Source: Octopus vulgaris (Eukaryota). Taken from it: a DNA stretch of 64,000 bases. The stretch's first letter is position 1; each line of letters opens with the position of its first letter. The DNA lies in NCBI GenBank assembly GCA_951406725.2, contig OX597817.1, positions 92,132,001-92,196,000 on the forward strand. The letters are read 5' to 3'. The notes under the pieces were generated by a model. The model was not told the origin of the DNA and ran no database searches. It worked only from the letters and a program-made list of their open reading frames with translations. The position numbers and the translations under genes are program-made. Below are positions 54,573 to 64,000 of this stretch, one piece after another.

Positions 54573-56440
54573 TTAACCCTTTAGTATTCGAACCAGCCAA
54601 AATTAATTCCCCTCCATTTGTTCAAACTGGCCAAATCTGGCTGTATCCGACTGCTCTACAAAATTGCTAAAAAAATAAACAAATCACTTTATTGAATTCT
54701 CGTAGCTCTGAGATAATGTGAGATGAAGGCTTTCCCGCCTTTATTCAAGTATAAATTCTGTGAAATTGTTTAAACCACATGGTATTTTTTTTCAACATTT
54801 GAAGAGAAATCTCTACCTTAGTTTCAATGAAATAGTGTCAGCAAGTAGCGATTCTGACTTTGAAGGTTTTACACTTGATGATATAGAAAATATAAATGAA
54901 AACAAGAATATTTTGTCTTTGGATGAATTTGAGATTGATATTAGTGAATATTTGTTGAATGAGGAAGATTTTGAGAATGAAAGTGATAAAAATGAAAGCG
55001 ATGAAAATGATATCGTAAACATGATCAAAGATTACAACACCAATCACACTATTCCTGATTTCACAGAAAATACTAGTTCACAACACAATTTTCCTCCTGA
55101 TGCTCAACCATTGGACTATCTATTTTTATCTTTACCAGAAAGTTTTTTTGAAAATGTTACGGAGGTAACAAACAAATATGTGCAACATATAATTTCTATT
55201 TGCAGAAGAAACAATTCACTATTACAGCTAACTTATACTGCAGAAATGAGAATTTGTGTTAAATAGCTTCCTTGACTGTGTAACTACTGGAGTCCTGATA
55301 TAAGGTCTGGTGATCCGTATATCTCAAGTATAATGTTGAAGACAAGGTGTTCGAAAATATCTCAGTATTTACATTTAACTGATTCTGCTAATGCCCCCAG
55401 CAAAAACAAATCACACTACGATCCCCTGTACAAAGTACTTCCTGTAATTGATTTACTCCTTAATAGTTACAAAACTGTGTATCTACCTGGGAAAAATCTC
55501 AGTGTAGATGAAGCCATGATAAGCTATAAGGGCAGAGTACATTTTCAGCAGTACATGCCTGCCAAACCCACTAAATGGGGGATCAAGGTATGGGAAGTTT
55601 ATGAATCAGATTACTGGATATTGTGTAAACTTCAATGTTTACACAGGTAAAAGATATAATGGAAACAGACCATATGGACTGGGACATGTAGTATGGTCTC
55701 TTACTGAACCATTTCACCATCAGCACCAACACCTATTTTGACCATTTTTTCTTTCCTTTTTTTAGTGGCTTTGGCAGAAAATCTTGCCCGTGTAAGTGCT
55801 TAAACATGCAGTACTGTTATGAGCAACCGTAAAGGTTTACCCCATGAAATGAAAACAAAATTTAAAAAAAGAGGGGACATTTTACAAATGCAAAGGGAAA
55901 ATTTATTTGCTACTGCTTTCTAAGACAAAAGACAGATTTTATTTCTGTCTACTAATGAACAACCTGGTGTTGGTGTAGAGAGGAAACCCCTAGTGAATAT
56001 TTGTTATGACAAATATATGGGTATGGTTGATAAATATGACCAATATCGGGCGTATTACCCAGTTGATCAACCTGGGAAGAAATGGTGGAGGTGCATTTTT
56101 AGTTAATTTAACTATAGTTAATTCATATATTGTATATGTAAAAAGCCACTTGAAATTTCAGGTTGACATTGCATCTCAGTTATGTGAGGGCTTTTCTTCT
56201 AGAAAGCACAGAACTGGGAGAAAAGCAAAATTAACTGAGGTGGATGTCAACAAAGAAAATATTGACTTCATAAAGTCGAAAAGATAAATAGAAGAAAAAA
56301 GTTTGCAGACTGTCTTCGCTGCAAAAAAGGGAAACTGCAAAAGGGTATCAGATTGAGATTTTTTGTATGTGTTCCTTTTGCAAAGTGCCCTTTTGTAAAG
56401 GGTGCTTTGGTTAGTTTCATGACAGAAATATGTCATAATA
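54573..56440 (+). mobile_element. piggyBac (PGBD4-like) transposon fossil
   Basis: TTAA|CCCT left end and an acidic N-terminus (SDSDFEGF). Motifs YDPLYKV.P, LSVDEAMISYKGR..QYMPAKPTKWGIKVW, Y.KYMG.VD.YDQ and KKWW. Confidence 0.85.
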
Positions 56441-56989
56441 TATATTATTTTATCATATATTCCTTTTTATTTTATTATAAATATGTGAAAATGAGAAACA
56501 CATGTTAATTTTCAGTATGTTATGCACCTGTATTCACCTTTATCGCACCTGTTAATGAGCTTTTTTTATTAGATGCATTCTGTTATGTAAATGAATTCAT
56601 TAAATTGTATAAGAGTATACAGCCAATGGTATATTGACTAGTAAAAGAGGTTTGTACTTTATTTTTAATGAAAATGTTTGAATGAAATATAAAGAATAAA
56701 ATCTTGTATCAATTAGACCTGTATATTAATTAATTCAAATTAATGTACCTCATCTTGAAAAATGTAAAATTGTTGGTAGTTGACATCTGGGATAATTTTA
56801 GTAACAAATCAAACAGGCAAGATGTATTAAGAATATAAATTTTAGTGTTTATTCATAATGTTATTGTTTTTACGCCTGTTAATCAAATTTACCTACCCAT
56901 AAAAGTCAAATTTAATCAGAACTATCAGCTAAAACTATGTAACTATAAACCACTGGCACATAAGCACCCATTTACAAAATTTCAAATCT

Positions 56990-57586
56990 ATATGTAGAAA
57001 ATTAACAAAGTTACAAGCAAATATCGTGCAGCTGAAACCCGGGTGTCTTTTTGGCCCGCTGAAAGCAGTTTTGGCATAAAATTGGCAGACATGCATCTCA
57101 TACCCAGATCTTCAGTGATAATGGACTGAACTGAACCGTAACTAATCTGCACACCCTCTGATAACTCATGCATGGTGATTCAACGATTTCCCCTCACAGC
57201 TGCAGGCACATCTGTGATGCTTTTCTCAGTTCTGCTGGTTGCAGATCTCCCAGAACATTCATCACTATTAACATTTTTTCAGCCATCTTGGAAACATCTG
57301 AATCACTCATACACTTGTGTGGCTCATACACTCCTCTCCATACACTTTCTGCAACTTTGTATATGCCTCTGAGGAGGTATTACCATGACCACTTTCTCTA
57401 TCATGGTTAATATGATGATCACATGTTCGAAGCACTGCTGTAAACAGCAGAAGAGAGCTAAAATATTAAAACTTAGTGCATATGCACTGCAGAGGTCAAG
57501 GTCAATCTGTGCCAAGTGCCTTCACTCATCGTGCTTTAGTTTTGTTACTATGATAACAGTCCAGCTACTTATTGATTAGACCTCAT
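56990..57586 (-). mobile_element. Mariner-like fragment (HTH/linker region and terminus)
   Basis: ISYGSVQSIITEDLGMRCMSANFMPKLLS corresponds to the WVPR-type linker. TA-flanked end near 57585. Confidence 0.65.
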
Positions 57587-57601
57587 ATATATATATATAT
57601 A

Positions 57602-59500
57602 CTAGCTGAAGGTGACCCGCTCTACGCGCGGGTAAGAGTGTGGTTGTTACTTTCTGTTGCTTCCTTTCAGCACGTAAAAAGTACCATCCGAACGTGGCGG
57701 ATTGCAGCGTCGCCTTGACTGGCTTCTGTGCCAGTGACACGTAAAAAGCACCAACCGATCGTGGCCATTGCCAGCCCCCCTGGCACCTGTGCCGGCGGCA
57801 CGAAAAATGCACCCACTACGCTCACAGAGTGGTTGGCGTTAGGAAGGGCATCCACCTGTAGAAACACTGCCAGATCACACTGGAACCTGGTGCAGCCTCC
57901 TGGCTTCCCAGACCCTGGTGAAACTGTCCAACCGTGCTAGCACGGAAAACGGACGTTAAACGATGATGATGATGATGATTCTCCCTCTTTGTTTCTCTCT
58001 CACTTTCCCCACTCTCTTACTGTTCCTTTCTCTCGGACTCTCCCTCGCTTTCTCTTACTCTCTATCTTTATCTATCTCTCTCCCATTTATAAACAACAAA
58101 ATATCTTGAGTAAGTTGAGAAATAAAATATTTAGAAAGATCAATCATAAATATCAGGCAGTAACAACGGAAAGGTCTGCTTCAAGGCAGACAGCAAAACA
58201 CTAACATTTAAAAGGGACAGACGAACTTGCGAGCTGAATAAAAATAATAAAATATTGGAAACCAAAGTTTGAAGGGATAGAATCTGAGGGTAGTAGAGTC
58301 AGCATGGCTGGCATTTCTTAACGACGGACAGCAACGTTCTGACAGTTTAACGGCTGGCGTAAAATTTTGAACTTGATGTAAAAGAAAATCCCTAAACACC
58401 AAGTTTTGAAGTTATTCTTTTTCACAACAGTAGACTCACCATGGCAAGCATTCAAAACTTCTTCATCATGGACGGCAACACATTGACGATTAAAAGGCTG
58501 GCGCAAATTTTTTAGCTTGATGTAACAGAGAATTCCTAAACACCCGCTCCTTTAAATTTTAATCCCCTTCCAGCCCCATTTATACCCCTTTTCACATTTT
58601 GGTTAATATAACGTGATTTCATTCGGGTGTACTGGGGCCACATTTTATAAGATGAGGAATTTTGTCCTTTCATTTGAGGAAAAAAAATAGTTGTCATGCA
58701 AACTTGCCAGCACTTTTAACATAGGTCTGCATCTATGTATGTGTGTGTGTGTATGTATGTGTATGTATGTATGTGTGTGTATGTATGTGTGTGTGTATGT
58801 ATGCATTTCCATTGAGTCAACCTCATTTCTACATAGCAGACCGTTACATAAACAGGCAAAGGTACATACATACATGCACACTCACACATACATACACACA
58901 CATACACACACACACACATAGATACATACACACACACACATACATGCATACATACACATACATGCATACACACGCACGCACTACAAAAACGGAGTAAAAA
59001 ATTTCAGTTATCTCTCTCTTTCACACAGACAGATACATAAAAGAAGGCCGTTTGTATGAAATAGAGTGAGTATTGTGTGTTGGTGGTGGTGGCGATGATA
59101 ATTATCATTAGGAAAAAGAGTGAGTGAGTGAGGAAGACATATACATAAATTGTGGCGATGATAATCCTATGAATGCAAACAGATACATCAAAGAAAACCG
59201 CCTGACGACCTTATAAAGGCAAAGTGAAATGGAGTTGAGGGGAATACATTAAATAACGGGAGTGGACATTGTCAACGTTATAAATGAAGGGGAGTAAGAG
59301 AGGGAAAGAAGGAAATAGTGTGAGTGAAGAAGATAGCCCCTAGCAACCACACCTTTTAAGATAGGGATTTCTAAGGTAGCCCACGCGCATCGTCACCTCA
59401 TTCTACATGTCCTTGTAAATTTTGGAGCGAATCGGACGGGATGTAGTGGCATTGAAAGCGATCCAAGCGGTAAAAACGCAATTCAGTTTTATATATAGAG

Positions 59501-59501
<1 letters not shown>
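57602..59501 (-). mobile_element. Non-autonomous Helitron-like element hosting an RTE 3' fragment
   Basis: Minus strand starts TC(TCTATATATAAAA) at 59501 and ends with the hairpin ACCCGCGCGTAGAGCGGGT and CTAG at 57602. Confidence 0.65.
57668..57978 (+). mobile_element. RTE 3'-UTR fragment with (GAT)n tail
   Basis: Reads GGTTGGCGTTAGGAAGGGCATCCA...GGACGTTAAACGATGATG. Confidence 0.88.
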
Positions 59502-59531
<30 letters not shown>

Positions 59532-59711
59532 TAATAGCAGTTTGACTCAGTTCCATATGACTTGCAGTTTTCTCCTGGTATCTAAAATGATGGGTCAGTT
59601 CTATGTGCCCAGAGATAAACTGTTATACTGTTATCAGTAATATATCTAAATCCTGCATTAGGTACCACTTTCTTTCATTTGTCCTCTCAATTGTATGCGT
59701 AATATATATAT

Positions 59712-60114
59712 TCTTTCATTCTTTTACTTGTTTCGGTCATTTGACTGCGACCATGCTGGAGCACCGCCTTTAGTCAATCGATCCAAGGACTTATTCTTTG
59801 TAAGCCTAGTAATTATTCGGTCTCTTTTGCCAAACCGCTAAGTTATGGGGACGTAAACACACCTGCGTCAGTTGTCAAGCGATGTTGTGGGGACTAGCTC
59901 AGACACACAAACATATACACACACATACATATAAATATATATACATATATACGACAGGCTTTTTTCAGTTTCTGTCTACCAAATCCACTCACAAGGATTT
60001 GGTTGGCCTGAGGCTATAGCGGAAGACACTTGCCCAAGGTTCCATGCAGTGGGACTGAACCCGGAACCTTGTGGATTGTAAGCAAGCTACTTACCACACA
60101 GCCACTTCTGCACC
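59712..60114 (-). mobile_element. tRNA-derived SINE
   Basis: Minus strand has A box TGGCTGTGTGG, B box GGTTCAGTCCC and CORE-like CCTTGGGCAAGT. The 3' end GGCGGTGCTCCAGCATGG..GAAAC is shared with the CR1-group LINE. Confidence 0.85.
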
Positions 60115-63100
60115 TATATAGTGTTTTTTTCTTTTTTCTTAATATTGTATAGGAAAAATTTATTGTTCAAAGTATGTCAAATTGCTAATTTGGGGAAATA
60201 AAATATGGCTGTAAAGAATGTATGGCATGTAAACAATATGATACTGCAAGCTATCATCAAGGAACAAGGGATTGGCATAAGGAAAGTGTTGACTGGTAGG
60301 ACTGAGTTTGTTGATAAACTATTTGCCATATTTTATCATAGTTCATATCATATAAATAGTTGTGGGGATAAAATACTTGACTACTAGCTCATGGGATACA
60401 AGCATATCCCATTCATTGAGTCTCTGAGTATACCATTCTACATGTTCTCAGTTTTCTTCACTGAAGAATAAATATTAGGCTATTTGTGAGAAGTTACCAA
60501 TTAACTAATCTTGCAACAATTTACTACAATTACATAGTTGTCCTATCAGCTGTTTAATTCTTACATGTGTCACATGTTGACGTGAAAATCAATGTAGTCA
60601 AGACAAAATTTGTATACATTGGCCTCTTGCTCTCTGGAAAGGTCTCATTATGTTCAGCAGCAATATTCTGGAAGAGGTCGATCAATTCAAACTCTTTTAC
60701 TGCCATAGGCCAAGACAAAGAGTGATTTTTACATCAGCCAGGTGCATGCTATATTCTGTCATCTAGGTCTAGGTTGGAGATCCATGTAACCATAAAAAAA
60801 TTGACATCTATTGAACACTATTCACTGCATGTGTTGAGTGTGGCCTGTGAGAACAGGAGATTTAAGCAGACTGGAAGTTTTTCTTCATTGAATTCTGCAT
60901 GTCTATGCTTTGGATTTTTTGTTAAACTGTCTTATTGCTTCTTTTTGACAACTCTTTCTCAAAAGGCACTTTCAGTTGTTTGGTCAGGTTCTCAATCAAT
61001 TATAACCCAAATTTATATGTGGTGCAGTTGCACAGGAATATCATTTTGGATAGCATAAAAGGTGAGGTGGGCAGTTAAAAACATGTATTATTATGATCAA
61101 GTCAGACTTTACATGTTTGGTATCTGCCATTAGAAACCAGATTACTTGATGGTGTGTGATTGCCGATCATGGTTGCCTTCTGTTCATAATATTGTTGATT
61201 CAATTAACTGGTGTGAACTTAAACCATCCTCAGTGAACACCGACACAAGCAGTACCAATTAATTACTAGTATTTTCTCCAATAGGATATATGTATCTTAT
61301 CTCATTAATATGATACCCTCAAGCAGTGTATTGGCCATTGCAAAGTGATGTCTTCTTTTGCAGTGGATAATAGGAAAAGTAGAAATATATTGTTATATCA
61401 TATTGTAATCAAATGATATGGTGTGTCTAAAGTATTTTTAAGAATGTAGGAAAACAACAAAACTTTATAATACACTGAAGCTGGTAGATCTTTCCAGATC
61501 CTGAGACAAATGTTACAAATAATTTCATTTTCCAGTAGTTTTTAGCTGACTTGTTACTAGAAGGATAGAAATTGATCATATTGTTTGCCCTTCCTTTGTG
61601 TTATTTACATGTTTTGATCACCAAACTCTTCAATTGTCTCAATGGGAAATAGGTGTATATATTTATCTGCCATCTGTTAGGTTAAGAATTGAACTTGTGA
61701 GTCATTATTTCAGCTACAAAGGATTTGGGTTCTTATCTATCATGTTTCTACTGTCCCATACCCCTATTAATACTTAACATTCTTAACTATTGCATATTCA
61801 GTTTATATTTAAATACAAATGAATATTTATGAAAGAAGGAAAAAGAAGGTACAAAAGAGAGAAAATTGGTACCTAATAACTGCTTGTAAAAAATAAGTTT
61901 CTGGAGTGAAAAGAATAAATATAGGTCAACTATTGAGTAAGCTTATATAGAAGCTAGTTAACCGAGCATTTTTCTTTGCTTTTCTTCTGCTCTGATTACC
62001 ATAAATACTCAGTTACAGCATTTGTTTTTTTACTTTCTCATTCATAATCATATTTTTTACCTCAACACTTACTAACATTTTGTTATGTGCACACATATGC
62101 AAACACATCCATGCATTGTTGAGCAGTACCTTAATCTCTATTAACAGTCTATTAGAATGGAGTATAACCTGGTTTGGATTTCCACATGAAGTCTTTTGCA
62201 GGTCACTTAAGCTACCTAATTCTGTGAGATTACAACAACAACATTATGTACTCTCAAAAAACTTTGAATTTTGAGGAATGCAGAATTATTTTATGCACAC
62301 TCCCTCTTTACATTATGATTGTCTTTGTTGCAAGTTGCATTTGGAAACAGTTTTACCAGTTCAAAAAAAAAATAAATACAACCACAAACCTATTAATTTT
62401 TTTCATTTGATTTTTTTTTTTTTTGTATTAGAATCCTTATTAGTTTTTTAATTGAATTGAACAGAATGGGTAATTGGTTTTAAGCTATTTTGTAAACTTT
62501 TGCTTTCCTCTATTGACTAGGTTGAATAAGTTATGTCAATTATAGCCTTATAAGCCATTTCAAAAATATACTAACAAGGTTGTAGAAGAAAAGTTTATAT
62601 TGATTTGAGTAAATTTCTTTCAATAAAAAAAATATATCATTTTCTGCCTTAGGATTATATTACATAAAAAAGAGGTATGAATTTCAGATGTACAGATAAA
62701 AGAAGGTACCTCTGTGTGTGTGTGTGTTGTCATGGACTTCGTTAATGTGTAGTTGTCCTGTTTATTTTAATTGCTTTTATCTTATTGTGACATGGGCTCT
62801 CAGGTGACTATGGAGATCCAGATTTGATTGAAATGTTTGATAACATTCTCTCCATGGGATCATTAGCAATTCTTCACTGGTGGTGGATACTCTTCTTTTT
62901 CTCTTATGATGTTTCTGATACCCTTTGTCTTTTCTGTTTTGCTCATAGAAATTGGCTGCTCAGATGACAGAGATTTCTCCATTGCTTTCTATTCTTTGTG
63001 ACACTTTCAAACTTCTTTGGTAGGATGATGCAGGGTATTAGGTTTTGCTTGAAGGCTTCTCTGAATTTCAATCTTTGGATGATATTTCATTGCCAGTTCA

Positions 63101-63849
63101 GAATAAAACCTTTGAAGGTTTTTTTCTTGTCTATCCTTTGAATATGGCTAATCTAGCATAGCTGATGCTTGATGACCATCACCTCAAAGCTTATCATTTC
63201 TGCTTGTTCTAGAATGTAGACATTGGACTTTTGTTATCAATTTGTTTTCAACTATTTATCTTGCAATGCAGTTAGAAAGGAGAGCATCATTAGTTATAGC
63301 TTTCCAATAGCCTAATCATTCTCACTGCACTTCTGACAGAAAGAATATCAAGAGAAGTGTCTGTAACCCAATGTAGAACAAATACACAGAAGGCTTCTTG
63401 AAGAAGAGCATTGGCTATTCAGTTTTCTCTCCACTGTTTATATCCTTAGCCACAACTCATCAAGGGAAGCTATGATGTATATTTTGTTGATTTTTTATTT
63501 TTAATGCTCATTTTCCCATGCTAGCATTATTTTACAACTGATTGCCTTTCCTGTTGCTAACCTTTACTTGTTTTTCATGTTAGGGATCTCTTATTGCACA
63601 CATCTTCAAAGGTGCAAAACCAGCAGATGGTCTGCTGAAAGGAGGAAATGATAACATAACCACTTGTAGCTCAGTGGTTTTTTGGAGAAGCACAAATGTA
63701 GGCAAACATGTACATACACACACAAACGCATACACATAACAATAGTTTTCTTTTGATCCATCTTCTAAATTCACCGACAAGATTTTGGTCATCCTAAGGT
63801 TTTAGTAGAAGTCTCTCTCTCTCACTCATATATATATATATATATATAT

Positions 63850-64000
63850 GCTTTTACACAGCTTCATTCTACCAAGATTCTCATGCACAAGGCTTTGAGC
63901 AAACCCAGACTATAATAAAAACAGAAAAAAACACTTGCCCAAGCTGCTGTGCTGTATGATCAAAACTAGAACTGCGTATTCATAGAGCAAACATAATTAC
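63850..64000 (-). mobile_element. Degenerate copy of the same SINE
   Basis: TCTACCAAGATTC..CACAAGGCTTTG..ACACTTGCCCAAG matches ~59975-60040. Confidence 0.55.

Noticed and set aside
60040-60114. tRNA gene
   Set aside because: It is the tRNA-derived head of a SINE, with no complete cloverleaf.
63584-63700. Possible host exon after a polypyrimidine-AG (a similar site occurs at ~51460)
   Set aside because: There is no recognisable protein similarity or convincing donor. It cannot be supported without RNA-seq.

Overview
This is repeat-saturated eukaryotic DNA with no host exon I can support. The (TA)n density and the RTE, CR1 and tRNA-SINE repertoire suggest an octopus-like cephalopod (inference). 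Bases 1-41.3 kb are a nest of retroelements inserted into long (TA)n microsatellites: a near-intact RTE LINE with a PHD-type finger, further RTE copies (one with a tandemly amplified 3' UTR), CR1/L2-group LINEs, Penelope-like fragments, non-autonomous Helitron-like elements and a Tc1 element. Bases 41-64 kb hold older fossils (pogo/Tigger, mariner, piggyBac, a Helitron-like element, tRNA-SINEs). The most notable signal is at RNA level. Short elements embedded in the microsatellites carry hammerhead ribozyme cores. Two are conventional type I motifs (4526-4636 +, 18241-18275 -). A third kind has a non-circularly permuted, pseudoknotted order in which GAAA precedes CUGAUGA. It appears intact at 18995-19065 (-), degenerate with different but still pairing helices at 40168-40251 (+), and as a half copy at 24410-24449 (-). 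All YIYI-type ORFs are microsatellite artefacts.
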